In this document: positions 39,230 to 50,107 of the stretch, in pieces
Position numbering within the stretch: the first letter of the stretch is position 1
Layout of the letters: every line of letters starts with the position of its first letter
IMG/VR virus record: IMGVR_UViG_3300042462_000689
DNA length: 64,000 nucleotides
Strand: one strand, 5' to 3'
Origin: a virus
The notes under the pieces: generated by a model
Seen by the model: only the letters and a program-made list of their open reading frames with translations
What the model was told of the DNA's origin: nothing
The model's database searches: none
Translations under genes and position numbers: made by a program

Positions 39230-40357
39230 ATGACTGATGTCGACAAGGCCCTAATCACAAACTACCTCCTTGGCGGAGCCGCCCTCGGCGCTGGCGCTGC
39301 CGGCGTCACTGCGCTCCTCAATAATATCAGGGAGGTCCACCGCGAGGCGACGGGCGCCAATCCGCTGCAGAAGGACACCCTGAAGCTGACGCTGAAGCGT
39401 CCGAAGGGCACACAGATGAAAATGGCAAGGGAGGGCAATGGTGAGCAGTCATCCTCCTTCTTGCGCGGTCCCTTCGCCATCACAGGCGGGCTGGTCACTG
39501 CCCTCGGCTCCTACGCTGCAGGTCGCGCGCTCCACCAGTATTTCAAACGCAAGGCGCTCGCCAAGGAATTAGAACAGGCCCAGAGCAGCTACCTCACCAC
39601 GCTCGACCCTAATCAACCAGAGACGGAACAAAAGAAGCTGGCTTCCGGGGAAGGCAAAGGTATGGGTTGGGATGAGGCCCTGACCAGCATACCGCTGACC
39701 GGAGCACTGCTCACGGCACTGGCGGCGGCCGCGGTCTCCAATGCGGCGCTGCGCAAAACCTTCCCGGACGTGAAGCCTGGCACCCGCCTGGGCCCCAAAC
39801 GTGTCGTATTGGACTACGAGGACGATGACCAACCGCCAATGACCATCCCGCTGGAAAAGGCTGCGACTGCATTCCTACTGGATACGGTGGCAGATGCAGG
39901 AATCGCCGATTCGCCTACGCGGGATTTAATCGCCGCGGTCGCCAAGGGGCGGCTCGAAGAGCTGCGCAAAGTGGCCAGCGAGCAGGGCATCGAGATGGTG
40001 ATGGATGTGGTGCATGGTGCCTCGCGCACTCCCGCTTCTATCTTGCGCACCAAGCTGGCCTCGCGGCTGCTGGCAGACGATGGGTTGGTCGGACCAATGG
40101 CCCTGTTCCTGGCGGCGGCTGAATTGACGGACGCCGCGCCGATGCACACCAAGCTGGCGGCCTTCATGGAGCCCGAGCTGGAGCAGGCAATGGTGAAGCA
40201 CGCGGCCTATTGCCAGCATGCCTATTACAGCGAGACGCTGCTGCCCCTGCTGGAGACCTGCGGTCCCAGCGAGGAGACCAAGGCAACATTTCCCAAATCG
40301 GCCGCGATGAGGACGTTGGACTTGCTTCCGATGAGTCTGATTCCCGGTCTCAATTAA
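39230..40357 (+). CDS. Gly/Ala-rich putative internal virion protein
   Basis: LLGGAALGAGAAGVTAL; many K-x-A motifs (KMAR, KKLAS, EKAAT, RKVAS, TKLAS, TKLAA, VKHAA, PKSAA). Confidence 0.5.
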   Translation: MTDVDKALITNYLLGGAALGAGAAGVTALLNNIREVHREATGANPLQKDTLKLTLKRPKGTQMKMAREGNGEQSSSFLRGPFAITGGLVTALGSYAAGRALHQYFKRKALAKELEQAQSSYLTTLDPNQPETEQKKLASGEGKGMGWDEALTSIPLTGALLTALAAAAVSNAALRKTFPDVKPGTRLGPKRVVLDYEDDDQPPMTIPLEKAATAFLLDTVADAGIADSPTRDLIAAVAKGRLEELRKVASEQGIEMVMDVVHGASRTPASILRTKLASRLLADDGLVGPMALFLAAAELTDAAPMHTKLAAFMEPELEQAMVKHAAYCQHAYYSETLLPLLETCGPSEETKATFPKSAAMRTLDLLPMSLIPGLN

Positions 40358-40385
40358 ACCAGCGCCAATAGGCGCATCGAAACAA

Positions 40386-40670
40386 ATGAGTGAGACAAAA
40401 AATGCGACTTCACGCACCGACGGAGATTTGTGCATATCCGTCACGCGGATGGGCTCCCGATGGATTGGGACGCTCACGGTGAAGGGCAAGATAATGGACA
40501 GCACAGCGTGCGCATTAAAGCGGGATATCGGCTGGATGTGTCGCGAGATGCTGCGTTGGTACGACAAGCTCGGAGGAACCTCCAAGTGGGCCAAGTCCGC
40601 ACGCCGCAGACAGACGTCCGGTCCATCTGGTAAAATCTGGTATCGAAAAGACCTGACGAATACGGTGTGA
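40386..40670 (+). CDS. Hypothetical protein
   Basis: aacaaATG start; 94 aa. Confidence 0.55.
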   Translation: MSETKNATSRTDGDLCISVTRMGSRWIGTLTVKGKIMDSTACALKRDIGWMCREMLRWYDKLGGTSKWAKSARRRQTSGPSGKIWYRKDLTNTV

Positions 40671-40671
40671 T

Positions 40672-41127
40672 ATGCGCCTTTCGGATCTCCCCAAAGAATT
40701 GCAGGCCAAAGTCAGGGAGCAATACCCGGCGAGGCCTGCCTCAGGAAAAGGCCCAAGGACTCCTGCGCAGGAATTGAAGCTGCTCAAGATTCGCACCCAA
40801 CGGGAGAAATTCACGGGGAGCTTCGAGAAGCTGTGGCGGCAATGCGGTGGGCCTGTGCTGGAGACGGAGCATTTATTTCACGAGACCAGGAAATGGCGCA
40901 TGGACTATGTCCACAGGGAGACGAAGACGGCCATTGAGCTTGATGGTGGCGTATTCGTGCAGGGCAGGCATAGCCGGGCGAAGGGAATTCAGGATGCCTG
41001 CGACAAGAAAAACAGCGCCATTCAAATGGGCTGGGATGTCTTCGTGCTTTGCACAGGCATCATCACGGAGGATCGAGTGCGGGCTATCGTTGAATTCGTG
41101 AAGCAGAAAATGAAGAACAATGAGTGA
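40672..41127 (+). CDS. PD-(D/E)xK / DUF559-like endonuclease
   Basis: EHLFHETRKWRMDY...AIELDGG...GRH...DKKNSA..MGWDV pattern. Confidence 0.75.
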   Translation: MRLSDLPKELQAKVREQYPARPASGKGPRTPAQELKLLKIRTQREKFTGSFEKLWRQCGGPVLETEHLFHETRKWRMDYVHRETKTAIELDGGVFVQGRHSRAKGIQDACDKKNSAIQMGWDVFVLCTGIITEDRVRAIVEFVKQKMKNNE

Positions 41128-42735
41128 AAAACAAATCAGAACAATTCGGGCGTTTGAATCGCGGATAGAGAGCGCCCATCCGCTGCAGGAGTTAATGAAA
41201 TGGCTGACGGAGAGAGCGGAGGAAAACATTCCGCATGAGTTTCTGGGCACGGCGAAAGTTAATCTTGACGACAGGGGATACGATGGGGACACGGACCTTT
41301 GGTGCTCCATTTTCTACGACCGACCAGAGACGAACCAGGAGCAAACAAAACGCCTAAAGGCAGAGAAGGCACGCGCTGCGTTTGATGAACACTCGCAACG
41401 CCAAACATACGAAAAACTGAAACGCAAATTCGAACCACAAACCAAATGATCGAAATCAATCAAATCAAAGAAGCACTCGCAAAGGCAATTGCCACCAAAG
41501 GCATCCTGCGTGTGCACAATTACACCTCGTCCACCACGGGTGAGGTCACGGAATTGCTGGAAGCCCGGTATCACGGCCCAGGGCTATATCATGTCATGGC
41601 GCGGGAAACCCTGGAAATGTTGAAGACAGGGGAGGACTATATTACGATTCGCCCAATGAGCATCAGCGTGGAGGACTGGGAGAAGGCATTCACCGAGCAG
41701 CGGGCATCCTGGGAGAAATCACTGGAACCCAACGCAACCCCCACAGCAAGTCGGGAGAAAAGCTACGACCGAGATCCGACTGGCTTCCTGGTCAACAAGG
41801 TGAGACCAGAGACCATCGGCATTGAGGATTTGCGTCTGCTGTCCGCCGTCCCAAAGATGCCGGACACCAATTACAAAAACGGAGTCACGGAAGCCAAGGC
41901 CATCATGCGCTGGCGGTCGCCGCTGTCGCGCTACATTGGCATCCTCACCCTCACGCCCGAGAAGGCTGCTGGTATTGAGGTGGTGGAGGACGCCCATGAA
42001 TAGCTGGGAGAACTCACACACGCGGCGCAGCCTGCGGAGGTTGGTGTTTCTGATCGGAATCGGACCGATAGCAGTTTTTGCCTTTCTTTGGGCGGTTTGC
42101 TGCATGCTGATTGGCGGGGTGTGGATGCTGCTATCTTGGTGTCTCGGTGCCGCGGAAGTTTCCGACGCTGTGGTTGAATCCGGTGCCGATATCTCCGGGA
42201 GGTTGCTTGAGTGGTGGAGTGGCTGGCTGAAACCATGACACACAAATCGCTCCGCGGCTTTCTGGTGGAAGCAGTCCCGGCGCGGCAGGTGAGTGAGCAG
42301 CAGGCAGTGCGTCCGGGGCAGTTCCTTTACGATCTGTCTGCGTGGAGTGATTACGCAGGCGAAGGAGCCGCGAACTTATTCCTACCCACGGCCCCGAAAG
42401 CGGATGTGCTGTTCCTGTATCGTCCGGAAGGTAAGCATCTGTTCTGGGCCTTGGTGCGCCGGCTGCATCTGCTGGATTACGAATATCTGGGACCAACAAG
42501 CTGCGGGCTGTTGATGATGCCTGGACACTACTGGCCGCTGGCGATCGTGCACGACTTGGTGGCGGCCGAGGACATGTATAGGCAGACGTATCGTGAGCCG
42601 TTCAAGAAACCGCAGAAGCAGAAGGATGCAGAGGCGTGTGAGACGTTCCGGAGGAATCTGCTCGGAGCGGACTGGGGATCCCGGACTCCGCTTTTCACGA
42701 TCCCCATAGCGGCTGGAAATTCGACGGAGCAGTAG
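41120..42735 (+). CDS. Four hypothetical ORFs (41120..41449, 41446..42003, 41996..42238 membrane, 42235..42735)
   Basis: Overlapped chain. Confidence 0.5.
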
Positions 42736-42745
42736 CTGTAAAAAT

Positions 42746-42850
42746 TAAGTCTTTCGCCAACAACGACTTACGGCAAAAATTGTGACATTAGACCCTCCCG
42801 ATTGTGACACTTGCGAGGATTGTGACATTACGCATTTCAAACTCACATTA
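42746..42850. promoter_or_regulatory. Intergenic palindrome plus direct repeats
   Basis: TAAGTC-N13-GACTTA (42746-42770); ATTGTGACA(T/C)T at 42779, 42801, 42819. Confidence 0.55.
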
Positions 42851-42993
42851 AGGAATACTGTGTAAACAGTTCTGGGATAGTCACTTAATTTTTTCTAGTA
42901 ATTACAAGTGCGCACCAAGAAAAAATTAGGATTTGCGCGTTGACAGGTTTGGTGGGGGTGTTATTTACCTTGGAACTAACCCACCAACCACCA

Positions 42994-44486
42994 ATGATAC
43001 CCTGGTCCTTCCTCTCACGCGTTTCCTTAACCGCCAAACGCCAATGCCGCTGCAAAGTCCGGCTCATGTTCCAGCCGCCCGAGGAGGCCAGCGATCCCAG
43101 TGTGCTCGGTGTGTATTTCCATGAAGGCGACTACGTGACGCTGATGATGAACCAGGATCACCGGGACACCCTGCGGCTCAGTCTGGAGGATGTCGTGAAT
43201 GTCCCGGCGATGACGCTGCAGATTACGGAGATGCGGACCGGGACGATGCAGCGGTTGACGATGTGGCGAAATGCAGAGAACAAACTCAGCGCCACCATCA
43301 ACAACGCCGGGGTCAGTTGTCGGTTGTCTGAGTTCGCGAGTTGCAAGCAGCGCGCGTGTCGGACGAGTGAGGTGACCGCGGCCACGGGAGGAGTGCCGCA
43401 ATACCTGTGTGTGGTATCAGCCAGGGACGGGGTAGCGAGACGCAGGCACGCCTACTACACCACGTCCTGCCTCCCATCACCCGAGACCGAATGGGCGATG
43501 CAACACTTCGCAGCAGTGTTTCCGGAGGCAGCGGGGATGGAGAAGTGGATGGAGTTCCACGCGGCGGCAGACATCGGTGAGTTCGTGAGGGAGGCGAAGT
43601 CGGTAAAATGGTGGGTGTATTTGGCGGGGGAGCCAAAGCTGGTGGAATCAAATGAGGCAACTCGCCTCTTTAACGAAAAACAAATTACGCACGTTTGTCC
43701 CAATGGCAGCGAGAGCTGGCAGACGCGGGAGCAGGCGGTGCTTTGAAAAACAAATGAAATATTTACTGTGTTTTGTGTGGGTGTGGGGATGGATTGCGGG
43801 AATGGTGATCGCGAATGGCTTCTGGTCCACGGGGTTCGCCTTTTGGACCGGCGGGCTGTGGTCATGGTACCTGGTGTTGGAGAAGCTGATTCATAAATTC
43901 CTGTGAGCCTGAAATCCATAACGGAATACGAGGCAGAGAAAAATCGCCTCCACCAAAATCAAGGCAGCCACTATACGGGAATCGAATGCCCGGCATGCGG
44001 CAGGGAATTACAGGACGCTGAACCTGGCGTCATTCTGATGAGCAACCCGCCTAAGAAAGCAGTTCAATGCTTTGGGTGCGGATTACAGACGATCGTCACG
44101 GCATGATCCTTCAAATCGCAGGCAAGGACCACGCAGGGCGTCGTCTCAATGCTCGGTATAAAGGATGGCTGCTCCACGATCCCGGAGAGCAGGCATGGGC
44201 AATTCACCATTTCACGGAGACGCTTGGCGCAAAGGGTTCCGTAGGTATTTGCACCTTCTCGGGAGTGGGGGACGATCGGCCGACCAGCAAGGAGGCCAAC
44301 ACGTTTGCCATCCCGGCGGCTGAATGCAGGGCGAGGGTGTGGGTTCAGGAGTCCGGCAAGGAAGCCGAGGAGGTCTCGATGCAAATGGCAGCGCAGAAGA
44401 TCAACGCGGGTGCCGTGAAATTCGTGTATCCAGTCGCGCACGGAAAACGGTGGATTCCGAAGGAAGAACTGAGCGCTCTCAATTGA
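42994..44486 (+). CDS. Four accessory ORFs (42994..43746, 43754..43906 membrane, 43903..44106 Zn-ribbon, 44103..44486)
   Basis: Overlapped chain; CPACG...CFGCG in third. Confidence 0.5.
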
Positions 44487-44593
44487 GCGGCAAATAATTT
44501 CCTTGTCTCGATTCCGAATTGAGGCAATGAATCGAATGTGCGCAATTTCTGCGCAATTCAAATCAAACAACAACCAAACTGAGTAACAAACAA

Positions 44594-45424
44594 ATGAGCA
44601 AAATCAAAATCGCGGCACCCAAAGCGGTGACCCAATTCCAATCATCCGACGGCGTGACGCATGAGTCCAAGGCGGCGGCCATCGCCCACGAGGCGAAGGT
44701 CCAAATCGGTCCCAAGGTGGACGCGCTGCTGGAAGCGCTGGATATCAACGTGGACGAGTCGGAGGATATCCGGTTGGCAATTCTGTCCGCCAGCGGCAGC
44801 AAAATCGTGCAGGATCTCGCCGCCACGCTGACCGCCTACGCTCCCTATCTCGGTGGCGCAAAGGCAAAGGCGACGGCACCCAAAGCTGCGACGCCCGCAG
44901 CCCCAAAGGCAACCAAAGCAGCGAGCCCGACAAAAGCCGCAGCCCCTACCAATACAGGCGACGGCCCGATGACCATCGAAGCCGCCAAGAAGCTCCACAA
45001 GGCCTACTGCAAGAAGCGCGGATGCAAGCCCAAGGGCTACGCCGAGGCCAAGGCAATGGTCGAGGCGGCGCAGCAGGCAGCCGCGGATGAGAAGGCAGCC
45101 GCCAAGGAAGCCAAGACCGCAGCCAAGCCGGCCGCGACCCCAAAGGCAACCAAACCCCCGAAGGCGCCGGCAGCTCCCAAATCCGATGACACCGGCCCGA
45201 TGTCGCTCGAAGAGGCGGAAGCCATGGTCGAGCGATATGAGGGCAAGCGCGGACGCAAGCCGGGGAACTTCGAGAAGGCGCAGCGCATCGTCGCCGCCGC
45301 CGAAGGCAAGCCCGCACCGGTGCCCACCAAAGCACCAGCGGAGAAAGCGCCAGCCGCGCCGGTGACGCCACCGCCCACAGCCGGACATCGTCCTCCGCCG
45401 CCTCCGCCGCAGTCGCCGGAGTAA
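44594..45424 (+). CDS. Ala/Lys/Pro-rich basic protein with two internal repeats (putative nucleoid-binding)
   Basis: GPMTIEAAKKLHKAYCKKRGCKP and GPMSLEEAEAMVERYEGKRGRKP repeats; histone-H1-like composition. Confidence 0.5.
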   Translation: MSKIKIAAPKAVTQFQSSDGVTHESKAAAIAHEAKVQIGPKVDALLEALDINVDESEDIRLAILSASGSKIVQDLAATLTAYAPYLGGAKAKATAPKAATPAAPKATKAASPTKAAAPTNTGDGPMTIEAAKKLHKAYCKKRGCKPKGYAEAKAMVEAAQQAAADEKAAAKEAKTAAKPAATPKATKPPKAPAAPKSDDTGPMSLEEAEAMVERYEGKRGRKPGNFEKAQRIVAAAEGKPAPVPTKAPAEKAPAAPVTPPPTAGHRPPPPPPQSPE

Positions 45425-45447
45425 ACCACCACCGCCCTACACCAACC

Positions 45448-45479
45448 AAATGGCGTCCTGAGCAATCGGGACGCCATTT
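45448..45479 (+). terminator. Hairpin / probable terminator
   Basis: AAATGGCGTCCTGA-GCAA-TCGGGACGCCATTT with one G-U pair. Confidence 0.65.
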
Positions 45480-45540
45480 GCGTTTGTGGGAGTGAAGCAT
45501 TGCAAAAGGCAGCCCGCCACGGTAATGAGGATGGATTCAA

Positions 45541-45825
45541 ATGCGCCCGCATAACGAATCCCGCCTCTTCGTAGGCAATTTACCCGAGGACATTACAAAG
45601 GATGCCCTGCGCAGGATCTTCGAGCAATGCGGCGAGGTGCGGGATGTTTACATTCCGTACCAGCGAACCAAGGACGGGCGACTGACCTACAAATCAAAAG
45701 GATTTGCGTTCATTGAAATGGACTGCCCGGAGGATGCAAGAGTGGGAATTGAGATTTGGAATGAGAAATCGGTGTTCGATGATGGGCAAAAAATAGTCGT
45801 GCGTATCGCAAACGAGCGCGCTTAG
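45541..45825 (+). CDS. RRM (RNP-1) RNA-binding protein
   Basis: RNP2 LFVGNL, RNP1 KGFAFIEM, terminal IVVRIANER. Confidence 0.9.
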   Translation: MRPHNESRLFVGNLPEDITKDALRRIFEQCGEVRDVYIPYQRTKDGRLTYKSKGFAFIEMDCPEDARVGIEIWNEKSVFDDGQKIVVRIANERA

Positions 45826-45837
45826 AGTGGAGCCCTC

Positions 45838-46934
45838 ATGAGTAACATTATCGGCGCACCCAACATCCTCACCGGCGAAATCCACGTCCCCACCAAGCTC
45901 ATCGGAGTCATCGAACTTCCGCCCGAGCACATTGAGCGGAACGCATTTCGCTTCACCGGCGAGTACGATCCCAAATCAAAGCCATTCCTGATCGATGTCT
46001 CGATTCTGGAGAGCCCCCTGACCCAGCGGTATTACCGGCGTCGGTATTTTGTGCGGGCTCCGAAGCCTGGCATTGCCGGGACCGTCGCCGCCCGTTACTG
46101 GCGCGGATACGAGAAACCCAAAGGACAGCAATTCCCGGAAGTGGCAGGCCCGACGGACATCATCGCACTCGATGAACAGGACTGGTTCAAATATTTGAAG
46201 GAGATGAAAAGGTGGCCTCATCATTTCGTGGGGCCGGAAAGAAATCCGGGACTCTTTACATACATCACGGACGAAGATGCTCCGATGGTGGATTTGGGAA
46301 ATGCGTTCTTCACGCACCCCCGCAATTTGGAAACGCGGGATATGGCAGACAAAGTGTCCGATTAACAATTAAAACTAAATGAGTGTAAAACAATGAACCC
46401 AATGCCAAAACAGGCGGCCGCAGGAGCCGCCACAATTCTCACCGTGGAAGTGGAGGATGCCTCAAAGCACCCAGCCATTACCACCAGCGTCACCATGCCC
46501 GTGGACTCGGCGGAGGACGTCATCACGGAGGCGCTGGCGCTTTACCGTGAAATCATGGGACGGCATTCGTGCTCTTCCGTGGCGGACTGGAGCGCAATTC
46601 AGAGCAAGGCCAAGCAGCTCGGTAATGCCCTCAAGGTGGCCGGCGTGATGTCGGCCATTTCGCGGGCGGAGGCGGGTGAGGAGGAAGACTGATGCGCGCC
46701 TGGATCACAAAATACGCGCTCACTTCCGGAATCTGCGAGGTGGAGGCGGAGCAATGCAGAGAGTCACCGAGCATGATCTCATGGGGTGGTTGGAATGGCT
46801 ACGCCCATGGTGAAGGCAGGGGCTGGCACCGAACCCGAGAAGGCGCAATGGTGCGGGCGGAGGCAATGCGGAAAAAGAAAATCGAGTCGCTCAAAAAGAG
46901 CATCAAAAAGCTGGAAGCCCTTCGGTTCCAGTAA
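45838..46934 (+). CDS. Three hypothetical ORFs (45838..46365, 46393..46692, 46692..46934)
   Basis: Contiguous ORFs. Confidence 0.55.
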
Positions 46935-46945
46935 CCAAAAAACAA

Positions 46946-47611
46946 ATGAGTGAACAAGAAGAAGAGCAGGTGCTCGTAATCCCCCGCCGCGCATTCGACG
47001 CCTGCGGGTCATTTCAGGGCTACAGCCCAAATGTGACGCAGTATATGGATTTGCTCAGCGGCGAGCTTTTCCAATACATGCCACGGTCGAAGGCGGAGCA
47101 GGACGAGACCGCGAAGCAGATCATCCCTTACGTGGTGTTTGCCCGGCGAAACGAAAATGCCATTGAATTGCTGACGTATCAGCGTTCCAAAAAATCAGGC
47201 GAAACGAGATTGGCGTCGAAATACTCAATCGGCATCGGAGGCCACATCAATAGCGGCGACCTGGACTACCAGACGGCGCTGATGCGCGAGATCAACGAGG
47301 AGATCAGTTTCGGTGGCGTCAGTCCATTGTCGCCCGGTGACCCAATTGGCATCCTGAATGACGACAGCAATGCCGTCGGCAGAGTGCATCTGGGGTTTGT
47401 GCATCTGGTGATGTTGAGCAGTGATGCGATGATTCACCGACACGAGGATGCGCTGGCGAATCTGCAATGGATTGCGCTGGAGGAGCTGGAGGATGCAGTC
47501 AGTTGCGAAACCATGGAGTTCGAGACATGGTCTCTGCTGTGCATGAAACCCGTGATGCGGAAGGCGCTGGAGCGGTCACTTGCCGAGGTCGTCGCCGCCG
47601 GAAAGCAGTGA
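46946..47611 (+). CDS. NUDIX-family phosphoesterase
   Basis: KQIIPYVV...E.RL..KYSIGIGGHIN...REINEEI...GILNDDSNAVGRVHLG. Confidence 0.85.
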   Translation: MSEQEEEQVLVIPRRAFDACGSFQGYSPNVTQYMDLLSGELFQYMPRSKAEQDETAKQIIPYVVFARRNENAIELLTYQRSKKSGETRLASKYSIGIGGHINSGDLDYQTALMREINEEISFGGVSPLSPGDPIGILNDDSNAVGRVHLGFVHLVMLSSDAMIHRHEDALANLQWIALEELEDAVSCETMEFETWSLLCMKPVMRKALERSLAEVVAAGKQ

Positions 47612-49651
47612 TGCCTGTCGCGCCGGAAGAAGGAGCGACTGGAAATCCCCTAGCGTCCAAGTTCCTCTACCGCTACGAGGCAGCGCGCGGAAGCATCACC
47701 TACGTGCAGGTGGTGCTGAGGAGATACAGGGTGAGCAAGGAGACGCCTTCTGGATATTGGATTCAGCACCCCGATGGTTACCCATGGGAGGATCGTCAAA
47801 AGTTCATCCTGAAATGCGGCGGAGGATCCAAGAAACGATTCGCGTATGAAGATCCGGATCGCGCATGGCAGTCTTGGAAATCTAGGAAGCATCACCACAT
47901 CAACCACCTCACCAACCAATTGCGCCGCGCCCAGTTGCTGAATGAAATCGAGAGGCCCGAGTTCCCGAAGGATTCAGCCGAGGTGCTGGATGGGGACGAT
48001 GCGGGAATACTGAAACCAAAAGAAAATGAGTAAATCAAATGAGCGAACCGAATAAACCGGAGCCGATGACCATGGTGCCAGTATGCTGGCGGCTGGAAGT
48101 CAGCGAGCCATACCTCTGGCCGTCGAACATGTGGGTTTTTCGGCGTGATGAATGGCGCAGCCTGGTCGTGGGGTCGATGGAAGAGAAATGGGGATTTCAC
48201 GAAGGACTCTGGCTAATAGGTCAGGATGCGGAGGAGGGCGTCACAGATCAGGGAACCATGGAGGTAGGATTGTTGCATCTGGATCCGGCACAGTTGATTG
48301 AGAGTATGGACTTGCCGCAGCCGCATCTGCCAAAAGAGTGGCTGCGAAAATCATTCCATGACCAGCTGGTGATTCTGCAGAAGACCATGCGGGATATCGT
48401 CGGCGGCATTTGGGAGAGCGATATCGTCCCCTGGCTCAAAACGCTGAAGTGAGATGACAAAGCCAATCGTATCCCTCCTGCATACGGAGGATCCGACCGC
48501 GTCGTATTTACAGGATTACGAGACCCATCAGGGCGCGTGCGGGGTGGTGCTGGCATTTGCCAGGAATTGGGCGGTGGCAATTGTGCAGAGGGACGGGCGC
48601 ATCAACAGGTTCACATTCGCCAGGAATCTAGGGAGCAAGGGGGAGCCGGCAATTACGGTGTATGAGGACATCGCTCTCGTCCCGAAGCAAATCCACAGGA
48701 GAATGGTCCTGCATATGCAGGCGAAGCAGCATAAATACAAGAAACAGCTACACGCGCATGGACCCTTGGCGGTCTTCGAGGCGGTGTTGCAATATCTCAA
48801 CTTAAAATCAAAATGACAAAATCAACGCAGGAAATTGAAACGAACGCAGGACGGAAAGGATTTACCCATGCCGACTGAGCCGGAGCAAATTGTACAACTG
48901 GAAGGGGACTACAGGACTCGGATAGAGCAGATGCAATTCTGGCTATGGCTGCAGCGGATGCTGATGTGGTTGCTGGTGGCGATGCCGCCGGTCGCCTGGT
49001 GGTTCGGAATGCAGAGCGTGGGATTGCTGGTCGCGCTGTTTGTGTTTGTGCTGCTGCTGGAGCTTGGGGTATGGATTCTATACCGCAGCACAAAACAGGA
49101 TGCGCATCTGTTGCATCTGCATTTGATCTGTCTGCAGAAACCCAAATACATTCCGAAAGACGAAGGACAATAGAACGTGAAAGAGAACAAAAAACCAAAG
49201 ACCCAAATCCCCCATTGCGACTTCCTGGAGGTGCTGGCGTTTGAGTTGCGAATGGTCATCCACACCGCCGGCGCGACGGGCGATGTCGATCCGGGGACGG
49301 AGAGGGATAACTGGCAGGCTGAGGTCCAGACTCGGAAGAATTGGAGACACGATGCCGCAATGCTGCTGACGCATTTGGAGAATGCAGGAATTGCGGTGAA
49401 GGTTTCCAAATCTGCGAAGCTGCAGAAGGCGCTGCAGTTCATCGTCACGCAACCCGAGAAGATTGCCTACCGTCCGCTGGATGAAAGCAACTGAGAACGT
49501 GGAACGGCTAGGGAACGCCATCACGGAGGCGCTGCGTGAAATGGAAAAATGTCCGGATGACTCGGTGCAAAACATCTGGAACGAGGCTCTCGAATCCTGG
49601 GAGACAGGGCTGCGGATGAATCAGCGGCTCGAAATAGAGTCCGCCCGCTGA
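47611..49651 (+). CDS. Run of accessory ORFs (47611..48033, 48039..48452, 48454..48816, 48868..49173 two-TM membrane protein, 49177..49494, ~49463..49651)
   Basis: Contiguous ORFs; 48868..49173 has two hydrophobic helices. Confidence 0.5.
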
Positions 49652-49652
49652 C

Positions 49653-49880
49653 ATGAGAAAGGCGAAGTCAATTCTGCATGTGAATCAACATGCTGTGCGC
49701 GCAAACAAAAAGGACGGAGGCAACCGACCTGTGATCACCCACAAGCAGAGGCGCACGAACAATTACGGACACACCGCAGAGATCGCCGGGCCTTCCATTC
49801 TGGTCTATCGCCCGGACAAGCCATTGTCGTGTGGGGCAAGGTGCTGGATCGAAACTTATGCGGACGTGACGCTGCGGTGA
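49653..49880 (+). CDS. Conserved small phage protein
   Basis: ILHVNQH..RAN...PVIT...GPS.LVYRPDKPLSCGARCWIET pattern recognised from many phages. Confidence 0.7.
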   Translation: MRKAKSILHVNQHAVRANKKDGGNRPVITHKQRRTNNYGHTAEIAGPSILVYRPDKPLSCGARCWIETYADVTLR

Positions 49881-49922
49881 TTTGATTTAGATTTGGGTCA
49901 ATTGGGACAGGCTGGGAGCCTG

Positions 49923-49953
49923 TGAAATACGACGCACTGGCGCGTCATATAAT
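49923..49953 (+). promoter_or_regulatory. Bipartite promoter-like motif, copy 2
   Basis: TGAAATAC-N13-GTCATATAAT, intergenic. Confidence 0.65.
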
Positions 49954-50107
49954 CATGCGAAGGAGTGATTCCCTCATTCCGTCGCTGGGGTCAATTCCGA
50001 TCCCCATGCCGCATCCTGCGGCCCTCAATTCGCCGGGGTCCAATACCAAAGGACACCCGTTAAATTAGAGGTTCTCAATTCGGAAATCATGCAAACCAAC
50101 ACACACC

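Noticed and set aside
42779-42830. CRISPR-like array from the ATTGTGACATT repeats, or from the 41-bp repeats at 51643/51867
   Set aside because: Repeats too short or too few, spacers irregular or far too long, no cas genes
48868-49173. Holin assignment for the two-TM protein
   Set aside because: No adjacent endolysin or spanin in the window; hydrophobicity alone is insufficient
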